This document shows, piece by piece, positions 27,066-41,384 of a DNA stretch of 64,000 nucleotides. The notes under the pieces were generated by a model. That model made no database searches. It was not told where the DNA came from and saw only the letters and a program-made list of their open reading frames with translations. Position numbers and translations under genes: made by a program. Each line of letters begins with the position of its first letter. Position 1 is the stretch's first letter. This DNA comes from Octopus vulgaris (taxonomy: Eukaryota), in contig OX597814.1 of assembly GCA_951406725.2 (NCBI GenBank), positions 45,880,001-45,944,000 of the forward strand, read 5' to 3'.

Positions 27066-27284
27066 CCCTTTAGCATTTAAACCAGACATATCTGGCCAAA
27101 GTATTCTATCTGTTTTATGTGTAAACTAGCTAATCAGGCCTCTCACACCTACCCTACACTGTTATTCTAAAAACAAATGATCACACGTCAAAATTTCAAG
27201 GCTACAAGATAATGCATGATTAATTCAAAACAATGTTGACTGAAAAAGCATTACATTTAACTGAATAATCTGAATGCTATTGGA
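27066..27284. mobile_element. piggyBac-type MITE (TTAA-flanked, CCC... termini); inverted sister copy at 29979-30198
   Basis: ttaa|ccctttagcatt...aatgctattgga|ttaa; the sister copy ends aatgctaaaggg and is flanked by TTAG on both sides. Confidence 0.65.
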
Positions 27285-30282
27285 TTAATCCAGTGCAGTC
27301 AGTTATGTACCTATTAGGTTAGTATTTAACCCTAATTTCTGTAGTGTTAAACAAATAGAAACAGATCTCTTTTCACAATCCTGTCTATTTCTAGCAGTTA
27401 GGTGGACTGAGACAGAAAGAAAGAAAAAAAAGCTTAGAAACCAACAACTTGTACCATATATAATTTTCCAGTTTGCCTCTAATCCAGAAGAACAAAGCCT
27501 CTTGTATCTGTTTTGACAAAATGGGTTTTCCAGTTACTTGAACAGAACTATCAGCTCATTGAATTATTGTGTTGATGACTGAATACTTCACCATCATGTG
27601 TACTCTCCATGTAAGCTTTGGCATAAATTTGACATTTTCACTGCTTCTTTCTATTCAAACTCACAGGTATGAGTCAAAGCAAGGCTATGATAAAAGACAC
27701 TTGCCTAAGGTGCTATTCTCTTTATTGTTATTTACTTTTTGAGACTTATTTATATTTCGGCAACAACCAGTAACTTGTAACTTATTCTCCCTAGCTGGTC
27801 TGATTCCTTTCCAGAATGTCAAAATTAATTTGGTGGTTTTAATATTCAGTAAATATTTTAGAGTTACAACAAAATGTTTCTGGATTAGATACAGTTGTTT
27901 AGCTTCAATTAGCTTGGAGATGACTTACAGGAGAAAAATAAACTGATTAATATGCTTAGAACCAAGCTGTAGATTCATTACAGGAACTTGAGGATGGGTG
28001 TTAGTTGTATGACAACACAAGTAACTGGGTCATTAGAATGGAATATATGGATATTAGATGACTGGTGTGTTAATATGATAACAGCACAAAGGTGATGAGC
28101 TGGCAGAATCATTTGTACACTGGGAAAAATGCTTAGTGGCATTTCATCCATCTTTACATTCTAAGTTCAAATTCTTTTGAGGTCGACTTTGCCTTTCATC
28201 CTTTTGGCAGTGATAAAATAAGTATCAGTTGAACACTGAGGTCAATGTAATCAATTCACCTGCTCCCTTGAAGCTGTAGGCCTTCTGTGCCAAAATGTGA
28301 AACCAATATTATAACAGCACAGGTAAATGAGTTAGTAGAGTAACCAACACTCATTTAAAAGATTCCTTGTTTATATATTTCATAGAAACCAAACTTTCAG
28401 AAGTTTAGTCAATCTTTTTCTAAGTGGTTTTTGCAGGTTGAACAATTCACTACTATAGTTACTGAAATTAATGAGTATTTTATTGGCTTACAATGCTAAA
28501 TTAAAGTTCTTCAGCATTCTATTTTGAAAGATGATTATCTTAGCATTATGGAGACAGAAGATAAGAACTTGTCTTAAAAATTTTTAGTATCTTAGCTTGT
28601 TGGCCAAACTAATTAATGTTCTAGGCCTGGTCATTTTGTTTTTATAGAAGGTATTTTGTCTTAAACTTGAGGAATATGATTCGCATGTCAAAGATGGTAA
28701 AAATTTTCTTGATAATTATTTGTTTATCAAGAAGCTCATTTTGCTGTGTTTTGGTCAGTTGTTCCATATTCTAATATCTATTAAACATGGGAAGCATTTG
28801 TTTTCTGGGTAGGACACTATTTGGTTCACCGTGAAGCACTTTGGGCAAGTGTCTTCTACTAGAGCTCCAGATCAACCAAAACCTTGTGAGTGGATTTGGA
28901 AGACAGAAACTGAAAGAAACCTGTCATATACACATGTATATGTGTGTGTGTGCAGGTATGTTCTTGTCTTGACATTGTATGATACCTGTAAATGAGTGTC
29001 ACTGTAATACTAGAAGTGTCATTTACTTCCAATATTCTGTGAAAACGTGTTTGGCCATGGGGCAATATTATCTTGCATAAGAACAGGTGAGAGTTGGCAA
29101 CAGGAAGGGCATCTGGCTGTAGAAAATCTTCCTAAATAAAGTCCATCTGATCCATGCAAACATGAAAAAGGGCCTTAAAATGATGATGATGATGACGCTA
29201 AAGCTGGAATCCCAGACACTTTCCTTCTCTGAGCATAGCTATAACCATTACACTCTAATGATAAAATTATAAGCTTACATAAAAAATATAAAAACCTCTT
29301 AAAAATGATGGTGGGAAAAATGTATGCAGTATATTTTAATATTGTATATTGGTGTGTGAATGCTTGTTAGTATATATGTAAAATGCAATATCTCAAATAT
29401 ATGCTGCATAAGATATTGAAAATTTTTGATGTGTATGTACCTTGCTTGCACAAAAAAAAAAAAATGGACTGAGTGGTGTCAGCTGCCGAGTTGTTTCATT
29501 TGTTTATATTTCAACATGACTTCTACAGTGAAGCTTTTCAACTGTTATTTTTCTAAGGAAGTAGATGTTCTTGTTTACCAGTTTAAACAACTTTCATTAT
29601 AAGATACAGATGTTACATAAATCAAGGAAGCTTCAATACTTTTGGTGAATAAATAAATAAATTATAAATAAAGGTGGGATGTTTTTAGCGAAAAAATGCA
29701 CCAGGTTAAAATGTCAGTAATGGAACACGTAAGTAACTGCAGTTGTTTTGTTCCAGGTAAATCCAGATAATACAATTCTGATCAGAGACATTCCAAGTGT
29801 GGCTATCCCATCTGTTTTTCTTGTTTATCTAGGACTACATTACCTACCGCATTCTTCCTCATTAAGACAGTAAAGAATGATTTAAGAGAGATTTGGCTGC
29901 TGTTTCTAATAGGTTAAGCAACCTTATAGCAGTGATTTGGGAAAATATTTGGGAATGAGTGGATATCCATTTGTTTAGCTCTTTAGTGTTCAGATTACTC
30001 TGTCAAATATAATGCTTTTTCATTCACATTGTTTTGAATTAATCCTGCATTATCTTGTAGTTCTGAGAATTTGATGATGTGATGGTTTATTTTGAGGATG
30101 TCATTGTAGGATATGAATGAGAGACCAGATCTAGATGGTTTGGACATAAAAGCAGTAGAAAATTTTGGCCGGATATGGCCGGTTTAAATGCTAAAGGGTT
30201 AGAGATTCTTTATTTGAAAATATGGTATTTGGATAGAAATCATTTACATCTGTGAAAATTCTAATTATTATTCTGTAGATGT

Positions 30283-31178
30283 TAGGTGGTAAGCTGGCAG
30301 AGTTGATACTATGCTGGGTGAAATGCTTAGCGGTATTTTGTCTGCCGCTATGTTCTGAGTTCAAATTCCGCCAAGGTCAAGTTTGCCATTCATCCTTTTG
30401 GGGTCGATTAAATAAGTACCAGTTAGGCACTGGGGTCAATGTAATCGACTTAATCCGTTTGTCTGTCCTTGTTTGTCCTCTCTGTGTTTAGCCCTTTGTG
30501 GGTGGCAAAGAAATAGGTATTTTGTCTGTCTTTACATTCTGGGTTCAAATTCTGCCAAGATCGACTTTACCTTTCATCCTTTCGGGGTTGATAAAATAAG
30601 TACCAGTCATGTACTGGGGTCAATGTAATCAACTAGCCTCTTCCCCAAAAATTTCAGGTCTTGTGCCTATAGTAGAAAGGATTGTTCTGTAAGTGTAAGA
30701 CTTGTGAAAGTGGTTGTATCAAGTACACAATTCTTGATATGCAGATAGATACTTTTAGGGATTCAGCTCAAAATTATGAAGTTGAGGTAATCAGTGCTAA
30801 TATATTTATTATGGTTAAGGCAAAATCAAGTTTAAAGGATCTAACATGCTGGAATGTAAAAACAAAATACTGATACACATGATTGTAGAAAGAAAATGTT
30901 ATTAATATTTATCCTTAAGTCCAGTGTTAGTGTTCAGCCTGTGCTAGACCTGTTTTCATAGAAGGCGGTGAGTTGCCAGAATTGTTAGCATGCTGGGCAA
31001 AATGCTTAGCAACATTTTGCCCATCTTCATGTTCTGAGTCCAAATTCCACTGTGGTTGATTTTGCTCTTCATCCTTTTGGGGTCGATAAAATAAGCACTA
31101 GTTGAACACTGGGGTTCATGTAATTGATGTACCCCTCCCCGAAAATGCCGGTTTTGTGCCAAAATTTAAAACCAATAT
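30283..31178 (+). mobile_element. Cluster of tRNA-derived SINEs with core gcctttcatcctttcggggtcgataaaataagtacc
   Basis: A-box/B-box-like head (gctggcaga...gagttcaaattcc). Other copies at about 19585-19797(-), 28090-28310(+), 37205-37417(-) and 61660-61850(-). Confidence 0.8.
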
Positions 31179-31269
31179 TCGTTCCAAAGTCAGAACTTAT
31201 TGACAGCCTTATGATCAAAGGTGTTTCAACTGTGACCAATTGATCTTTGTTTCTGGAATGAATCTAAGT

Positions 31270-31700
31270 CATTATCCAATGTGTCTGCTGGTTGTGTATG
31301 AACTGCAATGCTGCATGATAGTGAGACTTGGGCATTGAAGGCAGATACTATGCAAAGGGTGGAAAAAAGATAGGCAAGGCCAATCCAGTGGATGTGATGT
31401 ATGAATGATGAGGTGCAGATGAGCTGAGAGATAAAACCAAGTATAAGAGAAAGCAGTTGTAGCATACAAGAAAGATAACTGCTTTGGTATAGACATGTGT
31501 GTCGTTGATGGCTGATGGTTAAAGAACTGCCAAGAGATCTATGTAGAAGGAGGCAATGGAAAAGGAAGACTAAGGAAGATATGGAAAAAAGTGGTGTAAG
31601 CAATTTCATAATACTGAACTACAGAGATGACAAAAGAACACAAGTGGTGATGCTGTGTGGGAGAAGACTTACCCAATCCATGCAAACATGGAAAATAGAA
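31270..31700 (+). mobile_element. RTE-type LINE 3' relic
   Basis: TAMLHDSETWALKADTMQRVEK resembles the RTE LYGxETW motif. Confidence 0.55.
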
Positions 31701-33697
31701 CATAAAATAATGACAATAATAGAGTGTGATTTGAGGGACATTTTACTACTATCTATAGGCACGTTCAGTGCTTCTATTCCCAAAGACATTGAATTATAGA
31801 AATTCTTCCATACATAACCTTTGAATATTTATCCTCTTTTTTTGTTCTACATCTATAATTGAATGAGCCAATAATAGGCAGCCTTTGGTTATTTGCTTGA
31901 CTGACTGGAAATACAATCAAATCTCTCAATCAAAATAAAGGGAACTCTTTAGTCCTTCCACAAACAGACAACCTCACTAGTGCATGTGGCACCCAGTACA
32001 TCCTGTAAAGTAAGTGGTGAGCAGTAGGGTATCCAACTGTCAACCAAAGAAACTGCTCCCAAAACTGAATGTATGACTAAGATGTAGACTCCACAAATGG
32101 CATCACAAGATAACTGATAACTCTCTATGAGGAGTGCAACCTATAAAAACTGATAACAAATAGAGAGGACTCTTAAATTCTGCTGCAGACATCCTCTCCA
32201 ACACCAGTGATACAATAAAATGTATTCAACCCACACTGCAAAACATATACAACAACTAAGCTGGCAGATTTTCTTAATTGTTGTTTATATGCTTGAAGAT
32301 AAGGATCAGGACAAGATACATTCCATCCAATAGAACAAAAACAGATGTAAAACGATGATGAATAATGATGATGTAAGGAGCAACAAATGGATTGTCATGA
32401 GTTCGAATATTACTACAGCAATCATTGTATCTTTAACTACATTGGACACAGTATGACTTGTGAGTTACATGAAAAAAATTCATTCAACAACAAACAATAA
32501 ACTGTAGGAGAAAACAAAGAACTCTGCAATAATTTCTAGGTAAAAAATGATTGGATAAACTTACTATGATTAATAAATAGATTGAACTGTTGTACATTAA
32601 TCATTGTTTAGAAGAGTTTCATTAACTAGATGCAGGACTAAGTGGTATGTTTTATTTATTTCAATCCATTTGTAACCATATTTCAAAATATACAGTTTCT
32701 GTATCGGATGAATTCCTTTTTTATCCTCAGTCCAGTATTTAGAATTTCACTTAATAAAAGGTTCTTATATAAAATCTTGATGGAAGTCTTTAGTTTAAAT
32801 ATGAACAGTTGAAAATCAGAAGTTTTGTATCATGACCAGAGAGTTGTTATCAAAAGGGAGTAATATAAATCAAAATCACAGTGAGTGTTTAGAGAAAGTT
32901 TAGCCTGACAGATTTGTCTATTGGTATCATAATTTTGTGGTATAATCTCAGATTTTGCTTCAATAAAAGCATCATTCCAGATATTCTGTCATTTGAGCCT
33001 TGAAACAGGTCAATAACTGCCTGTTCACTGAATACTTCTTAGGTCAGAAAAAAAAAAAAAGAGTATCAAATTAGGATGTTCATTTCTAATGATATAGCAT
33101 ATGTAGGAATTTGATGAAGTTATTGTTACTGAGTATAAAAACTACACAAGTTGATGAGTTAGATAGCAACCCATTTAGATGTTATAATGGAACATCTAAT
33201 AAGAACATCAACATCAAACAAGCTAACCAGGGAGCCTCTACATAGTGACTAAATCCACTAGAAATAGAAACCAAATTGCTATAAAATCATACTCTGCCAT
33301 CTTAATCCTTTTGATAACAATTCACTGAAAACTTCCTCTTGTCCTATGAAATAAACTTCATGTTTTAATGAGATTTGAATTAGAGTCTTTGATCAAAATT
33401 CCATATTAACTTGTGTTCTAAACACTAGTTTATTAATGACTAAGTTCAACACTATCATCACCATCATTTAACCGCACACCTTTCTATGCTTGCATGGATT
33501 AGACGACATTTGAAACATTTTTTATGACTGCATGCCTTTCCTGTTGCCAACCCTCACCTCTTTCCAAGCAAGGTAATATTTTCTCATGGCCTAACATATT
33601 TTTATAGAGTATTGGAAATGAATGACACTGCTTGTATGATGGCAACACACATTTACAACTATCAACATCATGCCAAGACGATACAAACACACACATA

Positions 33698-34952
33698 CAG
33701 GGGTTAGACAAAATAATAGAAACACCTAGCATCATAGCATCATAATTTTGAAATATCTATAAAACCGTCAAAAGCTTGTTTATTTTTGTTTTTTTGATTT
33801 ATTATTAGTGTTGCTTAATATGTTTTGCTAAAATTGCTGTTTTTTTTCAGATATCATCAGAAAAAGGTAATTAAAATTCATTAAAACAACAGATCTATCA
33901 GACTTTCAAAGAGGTCAATTGTTGGTGCTTGTATGGTAGGCGCTAGTATAACGAAAACAGCCAAAATGTTTGGTGTATGAAGAAGTACTATCTTGAAAGT
34001 AATGACAGCCTTTGAGAAAGAAGGAAAAACCTCCTCGTCCAAACAAAACTCTGGAAGAAAACCAAAACTTTCAAATAGGGACTGTCAGACTCTTACGTGA
34101 ATTGTTAGAAAGGATCACAAGAGTACATCTCCCAAAATTACTGCAGAGCTTAATTACCACCTTGAGAACCCAGTTTCCACAAAAACTGTTCGCTGGGAGC
34201 TGCACAAAGCTGGATTTCCCAGGAGGGCTGCAATCAAAAAATCACTACTTTCAAAAACAAACATTGCAAAGTGTTTAGAGTGGAGTAAAAACCTACAGAA
34301 TTGGTCCCTAGACTAGTGGAAGAATGTTATTTTCTTGGATGAGTCATCTTTTCCCCAATTTCCGACCATTAGCCGAGTATATGTGTGGAGACAGCCAAAA
34401 GAAGCATTTGACCCAGACTGCCTTCTTCCAACTGTTAAACATGGAAGATGATCTGTGATGATCCAAGGATAGGAGCTATATCTTGGAAATCTGCTGGCCC
34501 AATGGTTTCCCTTCATGTCAGAATTAATAGTCAAGATTATTTAAGCATTTTATATGATCAAATTCATCCTATGGTTGTGGAACTGTTTCCAGAGGGAAAT
34601 GCAATCTTTCAGGTTGATACTGCACCAATTCATACAGCTAAAGTTGTTACTGAATGGCACGAGGAACATTCTAGTGAAGTTGAACATCTGATCTGACCAC
34701 CACAGTCCCCAGATCTCAATACAATTGAACATTTATGATGCATTTTAGAAAAACAAGTCAGGAGTCGATATCCTCCACCATCATCACTACAAGAACTGGA
34801 AATTGTTTTAGCTGAAGAATGGCTAAAAATTCCTTTGGAAACTTTGCATGAGTCCATCCTCATAGAATTCAAGCTGTAATTACTGCCAACCCCTTATTAA
34901 AATAAATTTGTTTGAAATTTTAAGGTGTTTTCATTATTTTGTCCAACCCCTG
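33698..34952 (+). mobile_element. Full-length decayed Tc1-family transposon with DD36E catalytic spacing
   Basis: TA target on both sides; 30-bp TIRs caggggttRgacaaaataatNNaaacacct (3 mismatches); DLSDFQRGQ, SGRKPKL, WKNVIFLDES and FQVDTAPIH...PPQSPDLNTIE (36 residues between D and E); several stops. Confidence 0.9.
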
Positions 34953-36029
34953 TATATACAATGGGCTTCTGCCTACCAAATCCAAGGCTTTGTTTGGCCT
35001 GGAACTATAGTAGAAGACACTTGCTCAAAATGTCACGCAGTGCAAGTAAACCTGGAACCATGTGGTTGGGAAGCATATTTCTTATCACACAGCCATACCT
35101 GTGTCACATACCTGTGACAAAGATATTTTACTAAATTCTTCATTACTTTCAAACTTAGTTGAAGCAATGACAGTATATCTTAACAGAAATATGGCAACAA
35201 AAGGAGATGTTGGATAATATAGTCTTAGGTTTTCTGCAAAATGGAAGAGACAGAATGGTCATGGCTGGAATACCTGTGATCACAAGTTTGCTTGATCAGG
35301 GTTGACCTGGGATTGAACAATGACAGCCATTATCAAAGATTTGGTCTAAGATAGTCAGTCTCTCAGTAGAGAATTAGTCAGTAGGCTTGTAAGGTCATAT
35401 TCAACCAAATGTTTTAGTTGATGCATACAGCAACTATCTTCTGATAGATGGAGGGAGTGAGAAAAAAAAGAAAAAGAAATTGCCAAAAAACACCAACGAA
35501 ACCTAAAACAATTTATCATGCCAATATGAATTGGATAGAGACTTATTTGAGGCAGTATTTTAGTTAGATGCCCTTCCTGTCAGCATCAAATACCTGTTTT
35601 TCTTTATTCAACTATAAAGTAGTTGATGACAGCTGAAAAATAAATTTCCTGATAAAAAGCAAAAAAACAGAAGGAACAAATAGAAATGTGGACTTTGCAA
35701 GTCTCACACCAGGTACCTGATTTAATGAGCAGTTGTCTTCAATAAAAAATGATAGAAGATGAAGAGACTTTTCTATCATCTTGTCCATATACTTTACACA
35801 TTGGATTCAGAAAATACTTCAGGTTCAAATAGATGTTAACTCTCTGCAAAGGTCAGGTGAGACAATGGAATACTGCTTTCACACCTGAGATAGTAATTTT
35901 TTAAATCTTTATTGCCCACAATGGGCTAAACACAGAGGGGACAAACAACGACAAAGGGATTAAGTTGATTACATCGACCCCAGTGCGTACATTCAAGACT
36001 GCATTAAAAAAAACTAAAAAGAAAAAAGG

Positions 36030-36300
36030 CCATGCCATCACTCATCAATATACTTCAGCTTCTGCATAGATGCACAGTTCTCTTAACTCTGCCTTTGCCA
36101 CTTTAACTACAATGGCTTGCACAATACTTCCACCCAAGACAAAACTGCAAGCTCAGCTCTTCTCCACTTGTCGACTATTGAGCCTTACCACCAGGCCTGG
36201 CATTAATCATTTTATCCAGTCTTTTCTTTCTGAAGCATTATTTCTTGGAATTCACTTCCAGCTCATGGTTTCCTGCATTGTTGGTGTTGAAGATGAATAC
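36030..36300 (+). mobile_element. LINE ORF2 C-terminal relic
   Basis: INHFIQSFL...WNSLPAH resembles the SFF...WNxLP end of CR1/L2-group ORF2. Confidence 0.45.
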
Positions 36301-37779
36301 CAAAATCATCAATCTCATCAGTCTCAAAAGGTTTACAAAGATCAGGAGCACAGACCCTTACCTGACTAAACAACTTAGAGGAAAAATAGAAAAGATATGT
36401 TCAAAATGATTTAATACATCAAAGGGACATTTTATTTATTAACAGGTATAAAGAGTAAATCAGACAATGTCACTATAGTATGTGACAAGTAATATGCACA
36501 GATCTACAGCTGACAAGTCTTCATTTCATGAGCAAACATTTGTTGTAAAGATTTTCTTGCCATCATATATCTATCATCTATGTATGAAGTAAACATTCTA
36601 TTGCAAAGAAGAATTTCTTGATGTTTAATAAATCTGCCTCGGAAGAATAAAAAATGTTAAGCTTGAGATGGAACTAAATACCTTTATTCTATCTAGTATG
36701 CTCTAGTTACCTTTTGATTACATGAATATCAAATACCATTGTTACCATATTTCTTTTGAAATACACTGCTTTGTTTGGAAAGTTATGAAGAATTTAGTCA
36801 ATTACTCATTATTAAGCTGATGTTTTGAACATAAACAAAATTTTAATTGAAGGTTTAAATTAAATCACTTTAAAATGAAGTTTGAATCATAATCATAGGA
36901 GCTTAAAAGGTTAAGAAATCAACAGCAGAAAGCTATCATATTGATGCCATTCAACTGCTAATGATTAATAATGCTTGAGGTTTAAGCTATTTATTTTAAA
37001 TTTATAAACTGTATATGCCCAAATTAAAGGAAGTTATCCCACCCATTTAGATACTCAAGCAAAGAGTCTCCAAAATTATTACCTTTTCATTAAGAAACTA
37101 GCTTTTATATGGCAAATTGAATTACAAATTAGATGACATTGTACATTTTCTTTTTGTCTATTAACATTTTCCTCAGATTAATATAATAGACTATAAATAA
37201 TACCGATTTCAAATTTTGGAATAAGGCCAACAATTTTGTGGAAGGGGTGAGTTAATTAGATGACCCCAGTTTTCAACTGGTACTTATTTTATTGATCCTA
37301 AAAGGATGAAGAACAAAGCTGACCTTGACGGAATTCGAACTCAGGATGTGAAGACGGATGAACTGCTACTAAGCATTTTGCAAGGCATTGCTAATGATTG
37401 ACTCAGCTTGCCACCTTAGACTATAAACAATATTAATGATGATGTATATTAAGACAGCATTTGCATGTATTTAGCTTAACTTTTTGTTTATTTTCACAAC
37501 TGCAAATCTGATAAATAGAAGTATTATGATTGTCCTTTTCCAGTATTGATACACAGTAGATGAGCAATATAAAGTGAATAGATAAAATTTAGACGTTAAG
37601 TTTTTACATTTGAAATTTAGGAAAGTTTGATTTTTTTTTAAACTTCAGAATAATGCATGAAAAATACGGCAGGAAGGAAAAAGATGAGTAACATGGACTA
37701 AAGATTCATTTCTTCATAATACTTTCACATTAAGCTTTTACTTTTGAAGACTGAATCGCTATAAATCAGAAACACTTAT

Positions 37780-38150
37780 TTTATCTTTTACTTGTTTCAG
37801 TCATTTGACTGCAGCCATTCTGGGGCACCACTTTTAAAGGTTTTTAGCCAAACAAATCAACTCCGGGACTTACTTTTTTTATAGATTCTTACTTATTCTA
37901 TCAGTCTCTTTTGCTAAACCACTAAGTTATGGGAACATAAACACACCAACACCAGTTGTCAAGTGGGTGGGGAACAAACACATAAATATAAATGTATCTT
38001 TCAGTTTCCAGCTACCAAATCCACTCACAAGGCTTTGGTTGACCCAAGGCTATTGTAGCAGACACTTACCCGAGGTGTCATGCAGTGGAACTGAGTCTGG
38101 AACCATGTGGTTGGGAAGCAAGCTTCTTACCACACAGCCATGCCTGCACC
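37780..38150 (-). mobile_element. tRNA/CORE-like SINE family (aaatccactcacaaggctttgg...ggaaccatgtggttgggaagcaagcttcttaccacacagcc)
   Basis: Recurs at about 14797-14920, 18690-18985, 28820-29070, 34960-35100, 41410-41580, 42030-42160, 49965-50310, 54715-54800 and 63840-63980. Confidence 0.75.
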
Positions 38151-38450
38151 TACTTACATTGGTATGTCCCCTCAACCTTTGGATTAATAACTTCGTATCA
38201 GATTATACTATTTCAGGGATGTTGACAGTCTTTGCTTTCTATTCCACACTATAAACTCCTTTCTATACACTAATGACCTACTTGCTGTCATGTCCAACAA
38301 TGCCTACTCATATGCAGATGATACTTTAATTCATTCTTCCTTAATCTTCCCCAACCAAATGTCACCCCTATGTTACACTTATACTGAATCCATGAAGAAA
38401 GATCTTGAAAATGTTATCTCCAATGGGGACACATAAATCTTAACTTTATC
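38150..38450 (+). mobile_element. LINE reverse-transcriptase relic
   Basis: FLYTNDLLAVMSNNAYSYADDTLIHSS...KKDLENV contains the YADD motif. Confidence 0.7.
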
Positions 38451-39855
38451 AACAGGAAAAAAAAAAAACATAACTCATATTATCTCTGCTTCTCTCATCC
38501 ATGCTGTATGTGTCCAACCTTCAAGCTCTGCACAAACTACTATGCCCAGCCCTTCATTCCCAGAACAACAACCCTCTAGGAAATCCTTACCCATGTCTTT
38601 CCTGTAGGTGTTGATTTGCAATGCTTAACGGAACCAATGGAAGAAAAAAAGTCAAGTAGTTTATAGTGACTAAACCAAAGCATGAATCTGATATGGAAGT
38701 ATTTTCAAGAAATGAACATGTATTTATTACAATATTTTTATGGTTAAAAGCAGAAGTGATGTCCAAGTTAGTTATTTAGCCCAAACCAGCTCTCACTGAT
38801 CATACCTATGAACACTTCAACTTTTTTTTTTCTTTATATATCTAGTACTACAATGTATCCTTTCTGTAGGATTAATCCGAGTGATTTGGCTGCAATTTCT
38901 AATTAGCCAAAAGACCACAGACAGCCTCTCCACTCCACTGGCTTGTAGCCAAGTTAATTTGCGTGACTGCTTTATTCAATTTACAGGCTTGATACCTTAC
39001 TGTTCTGATTTAGGATTCTGCAGGAGGGAGTTTAATTGCCTACAAAAACTGGTCTTGCATGTAATCTATAAAATTCTGTTACAGTCTATGTATGTAAGGG
39101 TTTAACAATAGAATGGAACTGAAGATATAATCTATTATACACACAATGTTTATATTATTCATAAGACAACGAACTGATGTTTTAAACTGATATTTTCAGA
39201 ATTCACAGCTCAGTAGGGTTGCTATTGTATTTTTGTTCACTGGGACTACGAGGTTCAAGTTCAGCCACCTGTATTTTTCTCTGATGTGAAACCAAGAACA
39301 TTGTAGAGCATTTTATAATTTGCTAAAACATTAACAATGTAGGCATACTACAGCAAGATAATTATAAAGGCTTTGATTTTGTTCTATAGTTATGATGGTT
39401 TAATTCTTGATGAAGCAATAAAATTTCTCAAAGTAGAAGAGGTGATAAGTGTATAAGAAAAAATATAGTTTTCAAAGAGTGCACTCCAATTGCACTAATG
39501 TGGACTTAACACAATCTCAAAAAGCAAAAGCTTCACAAAAAAATAAATACTTCAAGAGAAATTATCAATATTTCATGGTTCTCTATAAACTTCCTATATC
39601 CTTATAGTTTTTCAAGTAACTTTGGAATTTCCACATGCACATCTAGTCAAAGCAAATCATTATTAACTGCTAACTGGAAGAATTGTGAGTGCATCTGGAA
39701 AAAAACATGTTTTGCAGCATTTCTTTCAACTTTTTGTTTGAGTTTAATTCCTGCTAAGGTCAAGTAGCTTCTCCTTAAAATGGCTGGCCTTGTGCATAAA
39801 TTAAAAACATTATTGATTTGTGTAGTTCTGATCAGGCAAATATAATGATTTAAGG

Positions 39856-40000
39856 CAGCGGTCTGCAAAGGTAGTACTGGAGGTCCATGAACTAAATTCA
39901 AAATTTCATATATAAATATGAAATATATATACATAAGGATAAGCATATTTAAAGGGGTCTGTGGGAAAACTCATTTAAATAAAAGAGTTGGGAACCACTG
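39856..40000. mobile_element. hAT/Charlie-type MITE
   Basis: cagcggt...ttgggaaccactg termini; 8-bp TSD atttaagg / atctaagg. Confidence 0.65.
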
Positions 40001-41347
40001 ATCTAAGGCTTTCCAACCACAACCATCATGTCTTTTGGTACACTGGGAACTACACTGTCAATTCTAAAATTTTTAGAATGACATTGTAGTGTGGGTATGA
40101 AAAGCCAAATCAGGATTATTTGAATATAAAACATGTAGAAAATATGAGGCAAGATATAGCCAGTTTAAATGCATTTTTATATTAGGTTTAGCATGAGGTA
40201 ACTTATTCAAGAAGTAGCCTATGCCTGGATGCTCTTCTAGTCAAAGAGCCTGTACAACCCTTATGTTTTACAGGTAAGGTATTTTTATTTAACTGGTCTC
40301 CATGCAGAACTGCCGAGTAAGATGTAAACAAATGTACTGTCAACCAAATTGTGTAAATGCGGAAACACACAAATAGGATGTGCTTTTATACAGTACAGTT
40401 TGGTAAAATTTGGTAAGTAATTAAAAACTTTGAGTAAAATTTGGTAGCTAGTTTCTGTCTACCAAATTTTACTCAAAAGTCACAAGCCAAGGGTGTCAAT
40501 TTGTGAGATGGAATCAAAAATCATATGCTTGTGAAGCAAACTTCACAATCATATTCCTGCCTGCACTTATAACAATATAAACAATGTGAAGCAGAGAAGC
40601 AGTGAAGTTATTATGATGTTCAGGAGTTCAAATCTTACTATAACCATAATGTGGAGTTGATTTACAAGAAAATTTCAATGTTGGCAATTATTCCAAATTC
40701 AGAGCGGACGTGTTTAGTGGCAGGAAAATCATCCAGAAGCAAGGATATTAATTCTAACATTAAGCCAACGCCCAAGTTTCCACAAGCAATGCCTTCGTCC
40801 TATATATTTGTATTTTTAAAAAATGGATGTCAAAAGATTTTGGAAAATTTTCAAATGAACTTATGAATACTGACTCGTGATAAATAAAAAAAAAAACTAT
40901 AAATATATAATGTTCTTCATTATTTTGTTTTATAGCCACTCTGCTATACAATAAACAGTTCATTTTTTTTAATGAGTCATGAAAATCAATTAGATATATC
41001 AGCAACTGGAGTATGGATTGTTGATATATTTCATAGCTGGATGCTATTTCTTAATGTCAACCTTACAACCATGAAGTATAAGATATTTTCCAGAGTATAA
41101 TGCAATTTTAGTAGTAGTAAGTTTGACCTTTGGATTTATAGTAAACTAATTTAAAAATATTATGTATTTGGTTATATTTTCTTTAATAAAAAAACTGCTA
41201 CTGTTTCATGTCTGCCACAAGTTTACAATAATTCATGCTAAAAATAAACTTTTGAAATAGGTGCTTCATCTACCAACAGAAATATTATATCAGAGTAAAT
41301 AAATGTAAGTTGATATGTTTAGTTTCCATACAAACATAATACACAAC

Positions 41348-41384
<37 letters not shown>

